DNA of 64,000 nt from Escherichia coli O157:H7 (GCF_013167455.1 NZ_CP038328.1), one strand, 5' to 3'. Shown: positions 29,255-40,429, counted from the first letter of the stretch. Translations and numbers: made by a program. The notes: generated from the letters alone by a model not told the origin.

Positions 29255-29802
29255 GCGTTAGTTTCTCCACAGTCACGACACGCCACGGCGCCCGGAGCTG
29301 CACACTCGCGGGCGTCATTACTTTCTGAAATGCAAAAAATTTTGTAGACCAGTGCTGCATGCTCCTGCAGCTTCGAAATTGAGAGGTACAGCTCGTCGTT
29401 AATTGCTGTCTTCTCATGCGGTTCCACTACACCGTCTTCAATTGCTGAACGAATCTGTTTTGAATAACTGCCGATCTGTTCAATGACCTCCAGCAGGCGT
29501 TGGTTGATATCGGCGTTGTCCACATCCTCGACATCAGGAAGAGACACAAAGACGCCATTTGCAGACTGCGCCACAGCGTCAGCAATGAAGTGAGTTCCAC
29601 CAGCACGTTGCAAAATCATTGCCCATCCCAGCGGGAAAATCTGATCGCCATCGGCACGAAGGCGGTTAAATAATGCGTTCTCTGTTACATCCAGCCAGTC
29701 AGCAGCTTCAGCGTACCCCCCCGGCAACGCTGCGATAGTTTTTCTGACAGCTTTCACGTACCACTCAGGCTGTTTTTCTACTTTCCAGTGATGCTTACCC
29801 AC
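29251..29802 (-). CDS. Phage regulatory protein, CII-like (e14 YmfL-like position)
   Basis: 183 aa, GTG start preceded by AGGAGG, immediately downstream of cro. Confidence 0.45.
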   Translation of the reverse strand: MGKHHWKVEKQPEWYVKAVRKTIAALPGGYAEAADWLDVTENALFNRLRADGDQIFPLGWAMILQRAGGTHFIADAVAQSANGVFVSLPDVEDVDNADINQRLLEVIEQIGSYSKQIRSAIEDGVVEPHEKTAINDELYLSISKLQEHAALVYKIFCISESNDARECAAPGAVACRDCGETNA

Positions 29803-30055
29803 GGTTCACCTCCTGTTCCTGTGGTTTAAACCCATTCTGGTTTTGGCTAGATTGAAAACGTGCCGGATAAAGAATCTGCATTTCGCTGACTTCACCCTTA
29901 AAAAAATTGGCTAAACGTTCTGCAAGCTCGATAGATGGAATCTGCTCCAGCCTCTCAATACGACTCAACGTCGCTGGATTGACTTGAACACCCGCAGCAA
30001 CATGCTGCAAAGTGAAACCATGCGCCTTACGCACATTTCGTAATGGTGATTGCAT
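29795..30055 (-). CDS. cro: Cro-like HTH repressor
   Basis: 86 aa; XRE-type HTH (..VRKAHGFTLQHVAAGVQVNPATLSRIERLEQIPSIELAERLANFF..); divergent from cI. Confidence 0.8.
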   Translation of the reverse strand: MQSPLRNVRKAHGFTLQHVAAGVQVNPATLSRIERLEQIPSIELAERLANFFKGEVSEMQILYPARFQSSQNQNGFKPQEQEVNRG

Positions 30056-30152
30056 ACGCCCTCCAAATATTGCGCGTTATGCATGTTATTTCACGCAATT
30101 ATTTTGCGCAAGTTGATTTGCTTATCACGCAATAAAGAAATGTAATAAACGC
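30056..30152. promoter_or_regulatory. Right operator / divergent promoter region between cro and cI
   Basis: 97-bp intergenic region containing TTGC-N7-GCAA type sites (TTGCTTATCACGCAA at 30118-30132; TTGCGCGTTATGCAT at 30070-30084). Confidence 0.65.
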
Positions 30153-30845
30153 ATGAACATAGGAAACCGAGTCAGACAACTTCGCCAAGCGAAGAACATG
30201 AAAATCGCCGATCTCGCTGAAGCGATAGGAGTAGATGCGGCGAACATCTCGCGCTTAGAAACGGGTAAGCAAAAACAATTTACCGAACAAACACTGAGTA
30301 ATATTGCCAAGAGCTTAGGTGTTGATATTGCTGATCTCTTTACCTCTGCCCACAAAAGTAATACTGTATATAAAAACAGTAATAATGAGGATGTTGCGCA
30401 GGTGAAGGATGTGTTCCGTATTGAAATGCTGGATATCAGTGCCAGTGCGGGAAATGGCCTTATCCAGGGCGGTGATGTCATTGATGTGATTCATGCCATC
30501 GAATACAGAACTGATAATGCTGTATCAATGTTCGGCGGACGACCAGCCAATCACATCAAAGTTATCAACGTTCGTGGGGACAGTATGTGTCCAACCATTG
30601 AGCCAGGAGATCTCATCTTCGTTGATGTCAGCATCAATCAGTTTGATGGTGATGGTATATATGTCTTTGGTTTTGATGACAAAATATACGTTAAAAGACT
30701 TCAAATGATTCCTGACAAACTGCTGGTGATTTCTGATAACCAGATTTACCGTGAATGGGGAATTACTAGCGAAAACGAACACCGATTCATGGTCTTTGGA
30801 AAGGTCTTAATCAGTCAGTCGCAAACCCTTAAGAGACATAATTAA
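30153..30845 (+). CDS. cI: CI-type prophage repressor (HTH plus S24 LexA-like peptidase domain)
   Basis: 230 aa; N-terminal HTH (..IADLAEAIGVDAANISRLETGK..), C-terminal ..GDSMCPTIEPGDLIFVD...KRL.. autocleavage domain. Confidence 0.9.
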   Translation: MNIGNRVRQLRQAKNMKIADLAEAIGVDAANISRLETGKQKQFTEQTLSNIAKSLGVDIADLFTSAHKSNTVYKNSNNEDVAQVKDVFRIEMLDISASAGNGLIQGGDVIDVIHAIEYRTDNAVSMFGGRPANHIKVINVRGDSMCPTIEPGDLIFVDVSINQFDGDGIYVFGFDDKIYVKRLQMIPDKLLVISDNQIYREWGITSENEHRFMVFGKVLISQSQTLKRHN

Positions 30846-30862
30846 CCTCAATATCCCATCCA

Positions 30863-30888
30863 TCGGCCACCGAAAGGTGGCTTTTTAT
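30863..30888 (+). terminator. Rho-independent terminator after cI
   Basis: cggccacc gaaa ggtggc followed by TTTTTATT. Confidence 0.8.
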
Positions 30889-30898
30889 TACCTATAAA

Positions 30899-30949
30899 TT
30901 TGCATATCTCGCAAATACCACTTGCATATCTCGCAATTTAATTTTATCT
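30899..30949 (+). promoter_or_regulatory. Left operator / pL-like promoter: two 15-bp direct repeats TTGCATATCTCGCAA
   Basis: Repeats at 30899-30913 and 30921-30935 (22 bp centre to centre), same TTGC-N7-GCAA pattern as the right operator; TTGCAT -35 at 30921-30926, 17-bp spacer, TATCTT -10 at 30944-30949. Confidence 0.5.
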
Positions 30950-31140
30950 TTTATTCCAGACCAACTACAGGATTACAACAAAATCTGGTTGCAACACGGT
31001 GCATGTGTCGTAAGCAGTCAGTAAATGTCAAAAACGAACAGGCAGGACGCCCACGAAGTAGCCGCCTGGGGCATATGAAGTCCAGGATGATTCGTTGAGT
31101 CATGTTGTGCCACTAGGCACTCATGTTAAAGCAGGTGTAT

Positions 31141-31419
31141 GAAATGAAAGTCCAGATTTTAAACAATAACTGTGAAGTCGTTTGGTCATACGACATAGCC
31201 GCCCCTGTAGATCAGAGCGGCGATAGCTGGACCAATGGGAAACATCAGATTATGGCTGGAGTTGTGTTCTCTTTACGCCGTGCTTTAGAACAGGCTGAAG
31301 TCTTTCCATCAGACCCTGAATGGAAATGGCCTTTTTCTATTTGTCCAAATTCGGAGAGTACATTTCAGAAAATTGGTCAGAAAGTCGCACTCGAAGAGCA
31401 TCAGCCAACTGTTTCCTGA
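31141..31419 (+). CDS. Hypothetical small protein (early-left operon)
   Basis: ORF 31123..31419; ATG at 31141 with AGGTG upstream; no family recognised; 3' end overlaps a convergent ORF. Confidence 0.35.
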   Translation, partial: EMKVQILNNNCEVVWSYDIAAPVDQSGDSWTNGKHQIMAGVVFSLRRALEQAEVFPSDPEWKWPFSICPNSESTFQKIGQKVALEEHQPTVS

Positions 31420-31582
31420 TTTTTTCAGGTAACTCGTCGGCATCGCAGAAACAACAACGCTCGATCATGTTGAAAGCCGATTCGTAGAACTGTTTTTGCT
31501 GAGTGTCGCTGAGACAGGAAAAGAGCGACGTTACGATGATTTTATTAATTGCATTATCAAGTTCTTTTTCATCAAAAGTCAT
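31337..31582 (-). CDS. Hypothetical small protein, convergent to the early-left operon
   Basis: 81 aa; strong AAGGAAAA Shine-Dalgarno 7 nt before ATG at 31582; contains CCFC motif; no family recognised. Confidence 0.4.
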   Translation of the reverse strand: MTFDEKELDNAINKIIVTSLFSCLSDTQQKQFYESAFNMIERCCFCDADELPEKIRKQLADALRVRLSDQFSEMYSPNLDK

Positions 31583-31837
31583 TTGATTTTCCTTTTATGT
31601 ATACGGGCTTAAAAGGATACCACCGAGCCTGAAGTGGTGAAAAGACAGGCACATAACAGCTAAGTATTTTCAACCAGAGAGAATCCTTAGCGTTGTGGTG
31701 AATGCGGCTCAGCGCACGCGGGTTAAGGTTGAGGCTGACAGTCGACCTTCTGTGGATACCCACCCGCCTGGTGTGCAACCTTCGCCAGGCACCGGGAGGC
31801 ACCCGGCACCACAACTTTATGCTGTGTGTAGTCTTAG

Positions 31838-31882
31838 CGGTACCAGCTTGTACCCTTGCTTCCGGCTGGTACCGTCCTTTTT
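31838..31882 (+). terminator. Terminator-like hairpin (10-bp perfect GC-rich stem plus U-run)
   Basis: cggtaccagc (31838-31847), 17-nt loop, gctggtaccg (31865-31874), then TCCTTTTT. Confidence 0.5.
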
Positions 31883-31971
31883 ACAAAACAGAGAAGAGCA
31901 TCACCGGACGACGGGCTCATAACCCAATCCATCCGGGCGGCTGCCACCGCAGGTGTTCTTCTCTGTTTTGT
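31883..31971. other. Long-range 15-bp inverted repeat enclosing a GC-rich loop (structured non-coding element)
   Basis: acaaaacagagaaga at 31883-31897 pairs perfectly with tcttctctgttttgt at 31957-31971; further GC hairpin gcccc tac ggggc at about 31984-31996. Confidence 0.4.
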
Positions 31972-32095
31972 GGAGAAACTAACCGCCCCTACGGGGGCAT
32001 TTATGGAAATGTAATTGACTCAATAATCGCCGGACGGTGAGGGCTTCCTTTTACCCGAATTCAGCGCGGTGCAGCGCATATACGTGGAGAACAAA

Positions 32096-32632
32096 ATGTC
32101 ATTTATTAAAACTTTTTCCGGGAAGCATTTTTATTATGACAGGATAAATAAAGACGACATCGTTATTTACGATATCGCGGTTTCCCTTTCAAATATCTGT
32201 CGCTTTGCAGGACATCTTTCACACTTCTACAGTGTCGCCCAACATGCGGTGCTTTGCAGCCAGCTGGTGCCACAGGAATTTGCTTTTGAAGCTTTAATGC
32301 ATGATGCAACAGAAGCATATTGCCAGGACATCCCCGCACCACTGAAACGACTTCTTCCTGACTATAAACGGATGGAAGAAAAAATAGACGCCGTAATACG
32401 TGAGAAATACGGGTTACCTCCTGTTATGAGCACGCCAGTGAAATATGCCGATCTCATTATGCTGGCAACCGAACGCCGCGATCTCGGGCTTGATGATGGC
32501 TCTTTCTGGCCTGTACTGGAAGGTATCCCGGCAACAGAGATGTTCAAAGTGATTCCACAGGCACCGGGCCATGCCTACGGGATGTTTATGGAACGTTTTA
32601 ACGAGTTATCGGAGTTACGCAAATGCGCATGA
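32096..32632 (+). CDS. HD-domain phosphohydrolase (YfdR-like 5'-nucleotidase family)
   Basis: Start MSFIKTF... after GGAGAA; H..HD motif in ..SVAQHAVLCSQLV...ALMHDATEAYCQDIP.. Confidence 0.8.
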   Translation: MSFIKTFSGKHFYYDRINKDDIVIYDIAVSLSNICRFAGHLSHFYSVAQHAVLCSQLVPQEFAFEALMHDATEAYCQDIPAPLKRLLPDYKRMEEKIDAVIREKYGLPPVMSTPVKYADLIMLATERRDLGLDDGSFWPVLEGIPATEMFKVIPQAPGHAYGMFMERFNELSELRKCA

Positions 32633-32985
32633 ATGTTTTCGAAATGGAAGGGTTTCTTCGTGGGAGATGTGTACCGCGAGATCTGAAAGTGAATGAAACA
32701 GATGCTGAATACCTGGTGCGTAAATTCGATGCGCTTGAAGCTAAATGTGCAGCACAGGAAAACAAAGTAATACCAGTGTCAACTGAACTGCCACCAGCAA
32801 ATGAAAGTGTTTTGTTATTCGATGCTAACGGAGAAGGCTGGCTAATTGGCTGGCGTTCTCTCTGGTACACCTGGGGACAAAAAGAAACCGGAGAATGGCA
32901 GTGGACATTTCAGGTCGGGGACCTTGAAAACGTCAATATCACTCACTGGGCAGTAATGCCAAAAGCACCGGAGGCTGGAGCATAA
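32623..32985 (+). CDS. DUF551-like prophage protein
   Basis: 120 aa ending ..ITHWAVMPKAPEAGA, the characteristic C-terminus of this family. Confidence 0.65.
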   Translation: MRMNVFEMEGFLRGRCVPRDLKVNETDAEYLVRKFDALEAKCAAQENKVIPVSTELPPANESVLLFDANGEGWLIGWRSLWYTWGQKETGEWQWTFQVGDLENVNITHWAVMPKAPEAGA

Positions 32986-33290
32986 TGACCACTTTTACCG
33001 ACAAAGAACTGATTAAAGAAATTAAAGAGCGTATCAGCAGCCTTGACGTGCGAGACGATATTGAGCGCCGTGCTTATGAAATCGCACTCCTATCTCTGGA
33101 AGTAGAACCAGATGAACGCGAAGCTTATGAATTATTCATGGAAAAGCGTTTCGGTGACTTAGTAGATCGTCGGAGAGCAAAAAACGGCGATAACGAATAC
33201 ATGGCATGGGATATGACTCTCGGTTGGATCGTCTGGCAGCAACGAGCAGGTATCCATTTTTCAACAATGTCACAACAAGAGGTGAAATAA
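32985..33290 (+). CDS. Hypothetical prophage early protein
   Basis: 101 aa acidic ORF between DUF551 gene and xis. Confidence 0.5.
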   Translation: MTTFTDKELIKEIKERISSLDVRDDIERRAYEIALLSLEVEPDEREAYELFMEKRFGDLVDRRRAKNGDNEYMAWDMTLGWIVWQQRAGIHFSTMSQQEVK

Positions 33291-33640
33291 TGGAGCCATA
33301 CAGCCTCACACTCGATGAGGCCTGTCATTTTCTCAAGATATCCAGACCGACTGCCATTAACTGGATACGCACAGGGCGTCTTCAGGCAACACGCAAAGAT
33401 CCCACTAAGAATAAATCTCCTTACCTCACAACACGACAAGCCTGCATTGCGGCTCTTCAGTCTCCGCTGCATACTGTCCAGGTGAGCGCGGGTGATGGCA
33501 TAACAGAGGAAAGAAAATGTCACTCTTCCGCAGAGGTGAAATATGGTACGCCAGTTTCACATTGCCGAACGGTAAAAGATTTAAACAGTCTCTTGGAACA
33601 AAGGACAAAAGGCAGGCGACAGAACTCCATGACAAGCTAA
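33290..33640 (+). CDS. xis: Excisionase (P22 Xis-like)
   Basis: 116 aa from [37 protein letters not shown]..; HTH DNA-binding region; overlaps int start by about 124 nt. Confidence 0.8.
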   Translation: MEPYSLTLDEACHFLKISRPTAINWIRTGRLQATRKDPTKNKSPYLTTRQACIAALQSPLHTVQVSAGDGITEERKCHSSAEVKYGTPVSHCRTVKDLNSLLEQRTKGRRQNSMTS

Positions 33641-34680
33641 AGGCTGAAGCATGGCGGGTCAGCAAACTTGGTGAAATACCTGATATAACGTTCGAGGAAG
33701 CGTGTGTCAGGTGGCTTGAAGAGAAAGCACATAAAAAATCGCTGGACGATGACAAAAGCCGGATCGGATTCTGGCTTCAACATTTCGCAGGAATGCAACT
33801 AAGAGACATTACTGAATCAAAAATTTATTCAGCAATGCAGAAAATGACGAACCGGCGTCATGAGGAAAACTGGAAACTCAGGGCAGAAGCATGCAGAAAA
33901 AAAGGGAAACCTGTTCCAGAATACACGCCAAAACCAGCGTCCGTTGCAACGAAGGCTACGCATCTTTCATTTATAAAGGCCCTACTAAGAGCCGCAGAGC
34001 GTGAATGGAAAATGCTGGATAAGGCACCAATTATTAAAGTGCCTCAACCAAAGAATAAACGGATCCGCTGGCTGGAGCCCCATGAAGCACAAAGGCTGAT
34101 TGATGAATGTCCGGAGCCATTAAAGTCTGTTGTTGAATTTGCACTGGCAACAGGCTTAAGACGCTCGAACATCATCAACCTTGAATGGCAACAAATAGAT
34201 ATGCAGCGCCGGGTGGCATGGATAAACCCGGAAGAGAGTAAATCAAACCGCGCAATTGGCGTTGCGCTGAATGATACTGCATGTCGCGTATTGAAAAAAC
34301 AAATCGGGAATCATCACCGTTGGGTATTTGTGTACAAGGAAAGCTGTACCAAACCAGACGGAACGAAAGCGCCAACAGTAAGGAAGATGCGGTATGACGC
34401 AAACACAGCCTGGAAAGCGGCGCTGAGACGGGCTGGTATTGATGATTTCAGATTTCACGACTTGAGACACACCTGGGCAAGTTGGCTGGTTCAAGCCGGA
34501 GTCCCGTTGTCAGTGTTACAGGAAATGGGAGGCTGGGAGTCTATCGAAATGGTTCGTCGATATGCTCACCTTGCACCTAATCACCTTACCGAACACGCAC
34601 GGCAAATAGACTCGATCCTGAACCCATCGGTCCCAAATTTGTCCCAGTCAAAAAATAAGGAAGGTACTAATGATGTGTAA
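33517..34680 (+). CDS. int: Tyrosine integrase (P22 Int-type, thrW-specific)
   Basis: 387 aa [22 protein letters not shown]...; C-terminal [16 protein letters not shown]...VRRYAHL catalytic motifs; stop 15 nt from the tRNA 3' end. Confidence 0.95.
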   Translation: MSLFRRGEIWYASFTLPNGKRFKQSLGTKDKRQATELHDKLKAEAWRVSKLGEIPDITFEEACVRWLEEKAHKKSLDDDKSRIGFWLQHFAGMQLRDITESKIYSAMQKMTNRRHEENWKLRAEACRKKGKPVPEYTPKPASVATKATHLSFIKALLRAAEREWKMLDKAPIIKVPQPKNKRIRWLEPHEAQRLIDECPEPLKSVVEFALATGLRRSNIINLEWQQIDMQRRVAWINPEESKSNRAIGVALNDTACRVLKKQIGNHHRWVFVYKESCTKPDGTKAPTVRKMRYDANTAWKAALRRAGIDDFRFHDLRHTWASWLVQAGVPLSVLQEMGGWESIEMVRRYAHLAPNHLTEHARQIDSILNPSVPNLSQSKNKEGTNDV

Positions 34681-34694
34681 CTTATTGATTTTAA

Positions 34695-34770
34695 TGGTGC
34701 CGATAATAGGAGTCGAACCTACGACCTTCGCATTACGAATGCGCTGCTCTACCAACTGAGCTATATCGGC
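34695..34770 (-). tRNA. thrW: tRNA-Thr (anticodon CGU)
   Basis: Minus-strand gccgatatagctcagttggtagagcagcgcattcgtaatgcgaaggtcgtaggttcgactcctattatcggcacca; cloverleaf with GGTTCGA T-loop, anticodon loop uuCGUaa, encoded CCA. Confidence 0.95.
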
Positions 34771-34884
34771 CCTGAAAGGACATGTTCACGAACGTGAATC
34801 ACGGTGGACAAGGTTAAAACTAACCGGGCGATGCGTCAATGGCCTTGTGAATCAAACGGCTACTTTTGCATCACCCGGTTTTAT

Positions 34885-36138
34885 TTACGCACGAATGGTG
34901 TAATCACCAATGCCGATCCACTTGTAAGTGGTCAGTGCTTCCAGCCCCATTGGGCCACGCGCGTGGAGTTTTTGTGTGCTTACCGCCACTTCCGCACCCA
35001 GTCCAAACTGGCCGCCGTCGGTAAAACGCGTAGAGGCGTTAACGTAAACAGCGGACGAATCCACTTCGTTAACAAAACGCTGGGCGTTGCGCATATCGCG
35101 GGTCAGGATCGCATCGGAGTGTTGCGTGCCGTGTTCACGAATATGGGCGATGGCATCGTCAAGATCGCTGACGATTTTGACGTTCAAATCTAATGACAGA
35201 AACTCATCGTCATACTCTTCGGCTTTAACCGCCACCACCTTCGCAGGGCCTGTCTGCAACTGCGCCAGCGCAGATGCATCTGCGTGTAACGTCACGCCGC
35301 TTTCCGCCATTTGTTTGCTTAATGCGGGCAGGAAGCTATAGGCGATGTTTTTATTCACCAGCAACGTTTCTACCGTATTACATGTGCTCGGACGCTGAGT
35401 TTTCGCATTGACGATTACTTTCAGGGCTTCAGCAATCTCTGCACTTTCATCAACATAAATATGGCATACGCCTATACCACCTGTGATCACCGGGATCGTC
35501 GACTGCTCGCGGCACAGTTTATGCAAACCAGCCCCGCCGCGCGGGATCAGCATGTCGATGTATTTATCCATACGCAGCATTTCACTGACCAGCGCACGGT
35601 CAGGATTATCAATCGCCTGCACGGCACCCGCCGGTAAGCCACAGGATTTCAGGGCGTCCTGAATCACCACCACCGTTGCCGCGTTAGTGCGACAGGTTTC
35701 TTTGCCACCACGCAGGATCACCGCGTTACCGGTTTTCAGGCACAGCGAAGCGACATCAACCGTCACGTTCGGGCGCGCTTCATAAATCACGCCAATAACC
35801 CCCAGCGGTACGCGACGACGCTCAAGACGCAGGCCGCTGTCCAGTACGCCGCCATCGATTACCTGCCCCACTGGATCGGCGAGGTTGCACACCTGACGTA
35901 CATCGTCGGCAATGCCTTTCAGCCGTGCGGGCGTCAGTGCCAGACGGTCAAGCATCGCTTCGCTAAGGCCATTGGCTCGCGCGTCAGCAACATCCTGGGC
36001 GTTAGCGTTGAGGATGATTTCGCTTTGTGCTTCCAGTTCATCGGCGATTTTTTCCAGCACGCGATTTTTTTCGCGGCTGGAGAGTTGCGCTAATTTATAC
36101 GAGGCTTGCTTCGCGGCAATGCCCATTTGTTCCAGCAT
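34885..36138 (-). CDS. proA: Gamma-glutamyl phosphate reductase
   Basis: 417 aa, full-length recognisable ProA sequence. Confidence 0.97.
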
Positions 36139-36149
36139 CAGCCTGCTCC

Positions 36150-37253
36150 TTAACGGGTGATCATGTCATCACGGTGAACGGCAACCGGGCCGTATTCATA
36201 TCCCAGTATTGCATCAATTTCTTGCGAGTGGTGTCCGGCAATACGGCGTAATGCATCGCTGTTGTAACGACTGACGCCGTGGGCGATATCGCGACCTTCG
36301 AGGTTACAAATGCGGATGACTTCACCACGCGAGAAGTTGCCAGTCACGCTTTTAATGCCTTTCGGCAACAGGGAGCTGCCGCGTTCAAGAATGGCGGCGG
36401 TTGCCCCTTCATCTACCGTGATTTCACCCGCAGGCGGCGCACCGAAAATCCAGCGTTTACGGTTTTCAAGCGGAGTCGCCTGGGCATGGAACAGCGTACC
36501 GACGGAAATGCCTTCCATCACATCACCAATAACGCCCGGCTTGCTGCCCGCGGCAATAATGGTGTCGATACCCGCACGGCAAGCCACGTCAGCGGCCTGC
36601 AATTTGGTACTCATGCCGCCAGTTCCGAGGCCTGAAACGCTGTCACCAGCAATCGCGCGCAGTGCGTCATCAATGCCGTAAACATCTTTAATCAGTTCTG
36701 CCTGCGGATTGCTGCGCGGGTCAGCGGTATACAAACCTTTTTGATCGGTCAGTAACAACAGTTTATCGGCACCCGCCAGAATCGCCGCCAGTGCAGAAAG
36801 GTTGTCGTTATCGCCGACTTTAATCTCTGCCGTAGCGACAGCATCGTTCTCATTGATTACCGGAACGATATTGTTATCGAGCAACGCACGCAGGGTGTCG
36901 CGGGCGTTCAGGAAGCGTTCACGGTCTTCCATATCAGCACGAGTCAGCAGCATTTGCCCGACGTGAATGCCATAAATCGAAAACAGCTGTTCCCACAGTT
37001 GAATCAGTCGACTCTGCCCTACCGCCGCCAGCAGTTGTTTCGAGGCGATAGTCGCTGGCAGTTCCGGGTAACCCAGGTGCTCACGTCCGGCGGCGATCGC
37101 GCCCGACGTCACAATAACAATCCGATGCCCGGCGGCATGTAACTGCGCGCACTGGCGAACAAGTTCAACGATATGGGCACGGTTCAGGCGGCGCGATCCG
37201 CCTGTTAGCACACTGGTGCCGAGTTTTACCACCAGCGTCTGGCTGTCACTCAT
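36150..37253 (-). CDS. proB: Glutamate 5-kinase
   Basis: ORF 36150..37340; true start [15 protein letters not shown]... giving 367 aa. Confidence 0.97.
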
Positions 37254-37540
37254 GATTCTCTGCCATTCAATTTTAGGAAAAATGATATCAAACGAACGTT
37301 TTAGCAGGACTGTCGTCGGTTGCCAACCATCTGCGAGCAAAGCATGGCGTTTTGTTGCGCGGGATCAGCAAGCCTAGCGGCAGTTGTTTACGCTTTTATT
37401 ACAGATTTAATAAATTACCACATTTTAAGAATATCATTAATCTGTAATATATCTTTAACAATCTCAGGTTAAAAACTTTCCTGTTTTCAACGGGGCTCTC
37501 CCGCAGAATATTCGCGCGTTAATTAAAATCAGGAATGAAA

Positions 37541-38596
37541 ATGAAAAAGAGCACTCTGGCATTAGTGGTGATGGGCATTGTGGCATCTGCATCCGTACAG
37601 GCCGCAGAAATATATAACAAAGACGGTAATAAACTGGATGTCTATGGCAAAGTTAAAGCCATGCATTATATGAGTGATAACGACAGTAAAGATGGCGACC
37701 AGAGTTATATCCGTTTTGGTTTTAAAGGCGAAACACAAATTAACGATCAACTGACTGGTTATGGTCGTTGGGAAGCGGAGTTTGCCGGAAATAAAGCGGA
37801 GAGTGATACTGCACAGCAAAAAACGCGTCTCGCTTTTGCCGGATTGAAGTATAAAGATTTGGGTTCTTTCGACTATGGCCGTAACCTGGGCGCGTTGTAT
37901 GACGTGGAAGCCTGGACCGATATGTTCCCGGAATTTGGTGGCGACTCCTCGGCGCAGACCGACAACTTTATGACCAAACGCGCCAGCGGTCTGGCGACGT
38001 ATCGGAACACCGACTTCTTCGGCGTTATCGATGGCCTGAACTTAACCCTGCAATATCAAGGGAAAAACGAAAACCGCGACGTTAAAAAGCAAAACGGCGA
38101 TGGCTTCGGCACGTCATTGACATATGACTTTGGCGGCAGCGATTTCGCCATTAGTGGGGCCTATACCAACTCAGATCGCACCAACGAGCAGAACCTGCAA
38201 AGCCGTGGCACAGGCAAGCGTGCAGAAGCTTGGGCTACAGGTCTGAAATACGATGCCAATAATATTTATCTGGCAACTTTTTATTCTGAAACACGCAAAA
38301 TGACGCCAATAACTGGCGGCTTTGCCAATAAGACACAGAACTTTGAAGCGGTCGCTCAATACCAGTTTGACTTTGGTCTGCGTCCATCGCTGGGTTATGT
38401 CTTATCGAAAGGGAAAGATATTGAAGGTATCGGTGATGAAGATCTGGTCAATTATATCGATGTCGGGGCTACATATTATTTCAACAAAAATATGTCAGCG
38501 TTTGTTGATTATAAAATCAACCAACTGGATAGCGATAACAAATTGAATATTAATAATGATGATATTGTCGCGGTTGGCATGACCTATCAGTTTTAA
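37541..38596 (+). CDS. phoE: Outer membrane phosphoporin PhoE
   Basis: [21 protein letters not shown] signal peptide followed by porin sequence; 351 aa. Confidence 0.97.
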   Translation: MKKSTLALVVMGIVASASVQAAEIYNKDGNKLDVYGKVKAMHYMSDNDSKDGDQSYIRFGFKGETQINDQLTGYGRWEAEFAGNKAESDTAQQKTRLAFAGLKYKDLGSFDYGRNLGALYDVEAWTDMFPEFGGDSSAQTDNFMTKRASGLATYRNTDFFGVIDGLNLTLQYQGKNENRDVKKQNGDGFGTSLTYDFGGSDFAISGAYTNSDRTNEQNLQSRGTGKRAEAWATGLKYDANNIYLATFYSETRKMTPITGGFANKTQNFEAVAQYQFDFGLRPSLGYVLSKGKDIEGIGDEDLVNYIDVGATYYFNKNMSAFVDYKINQLDSDNKLNINNDDIVAVGMTYQF

Positions 38597-38601
38597 TGAT
38601 T

Positions 38602-38628
38602 ATTGCCGGATGTGATGCATCCGGCACA
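38602..38628. terminator. Bidirectional terminator hairpin between phoE and crl
   Basis: tgccggatg tgatg catccggca between convergent genes. Confidence 0.6.
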
Positions 38629-38634
38629 TTTCAC

Positions 38635-39093
<459 letters not shown>

Positions 39094-40338
39094 TTAACAC
39101 AAGCGTTTTTCGATCCAGTCGGTGATTTCCTGAAGACCTTTGTCAAAATTCCGATACACCGGGTTAAATGGGATCTCTAATAATTTACCGTCAGCAGATG
39201 ATGAGGTGATTAAGCGTGAGTCCTCTTCCGGGCTGAACGGATCGTTCTTCCAGTAGCCTGATAACATTGGCGTTGGGCATCGACGTCCCAGCAATCCTTG
39301 CACTTTTAATGAATAGCGATTCAGCTCCACGCGCAACGCTTCGTCGGAAGCATCATGCATCCCCAAACGACTCGCCAGAACGTCAAGATACATTTCCGGC
39401 ACCTGTTGCTGGCACTTAAAATCACTCAACAGGGTATGAACTACCGGACCAAGACAGGCAACCGCTTTCAGACGCGGCGATTCAAGATATGCCAGACGCA
39501 CGGCAACGTTAGCGCCGAAACGGAAACCAAAGGCCGCGACGCGAGTGTGATCCACCCACGGTACGTTAGGCAGAGCCTTTAAGACGCGCTGATGCAACAG
39601 GCAGGAGTCCTGGGTGAGCTTCCATTTTGAAGAAAAGCCCACCGACGGCATATCAATAGTCAGCATCGCAATGCCGCGCGGCGCAAAATAACGTTCATAC
39701 AGGCTGTAATAGTCCGTCTGCATCGCATCCAGACCACCACACATTAATACCGTCGGGAACGGGCCATCGCCTTTCGGCATATGCAAAAAGCCGGTGATGG
39801 GCGCACCGCCGGGTACGGTAAACTCCATCTGTCGCATCGTGCCCGGTAGACGCTGAGCGGCCTCTTCATAGGCGCGGTTTGACAAAGCCTGCGCTTGCTC
39901 GGCCAGGTCATCTCCTTTCAGATGAGGATAGGCGGCAATGTTGTACAACGTAGCCGCATGCAGCCAGTGACGACCACTGAGTTGCGGATCTTCTTCCGCA
40001 CAGGCTTTTTGTTGCCACACCATCGCCTGGGTGGCCCACTCATAAATCCAGTTGCCGCCACGGTAGCCAATCACCGTATCGTATAAATCATCGTCGGTAC
40101 GTTCGGCATCGCTCATCACAATACGTGCCTGGACGTCGAGGATTTCGCGTGGGTCAATGCCGCGCCAGATCCACATCAGACGGTTAATCATGCGATACCA
40201 GTGAGGGATGGTTTTACCATCAAGGGCCGACTGCACAGGCGGTTGTGCGCCGTGATTAAAGCGGCGGACTAGCGTCGAGGTTTCAGGATGTTTAAAGCGG
40301 GGTTTGAACAGGGTTTCGCTCAGGTTTGCCTGTGTCAT
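39094..40338 (-). CDS. frsA: Fermentation/respiration switch protein (esterase) FrsA
   Basis: 414 aa, full-length recognisable. Confidence 0.95.
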
Positions 40339-40429
40339 GGATGCAGCCTCCAGAATACTTACTGGAAACTATTGTAACTCGCCTGAAGTTAAAAAGAACA
40401 ACGCCCGGCAGTGCCAGGCGTTGAAAAGA

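Larger units (their letters stand above)
1..34694. mobile_element. Integrated mosaic temperate prophage (right portion; left end lies beyond window start), inserted at the 3' end of tRNA-Thr
   Basis: Contiguous phage modules (invertase, tail, head, terminase, lysis, Q, replication, cI/cro, xis, int) ending with a tyrosine integrase directly abutting the tRNA 3' end; backbone genes begin immediately after the tRNA. Confidence 0.9.

Noticed and set aside
31700-32000. Retron msr/msd element
   Set aside because: Long inverted repeats are present but no reverse transcriptase gene follows; the downstream gene is a 178-aa HD hydrolase
31700-32000. tRNA or tmRNA gene in the structured block
   Set aside because: No GTTCRA T-loop, no acceptor stem/CCA arrangement
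31702-32040. 112-aa plus-strand ORF in the structured GC-rich block
   Set aside because: Arg/Cys/Pro-rich with no start context; the region is better explained as structured non-coding DNA or RNA
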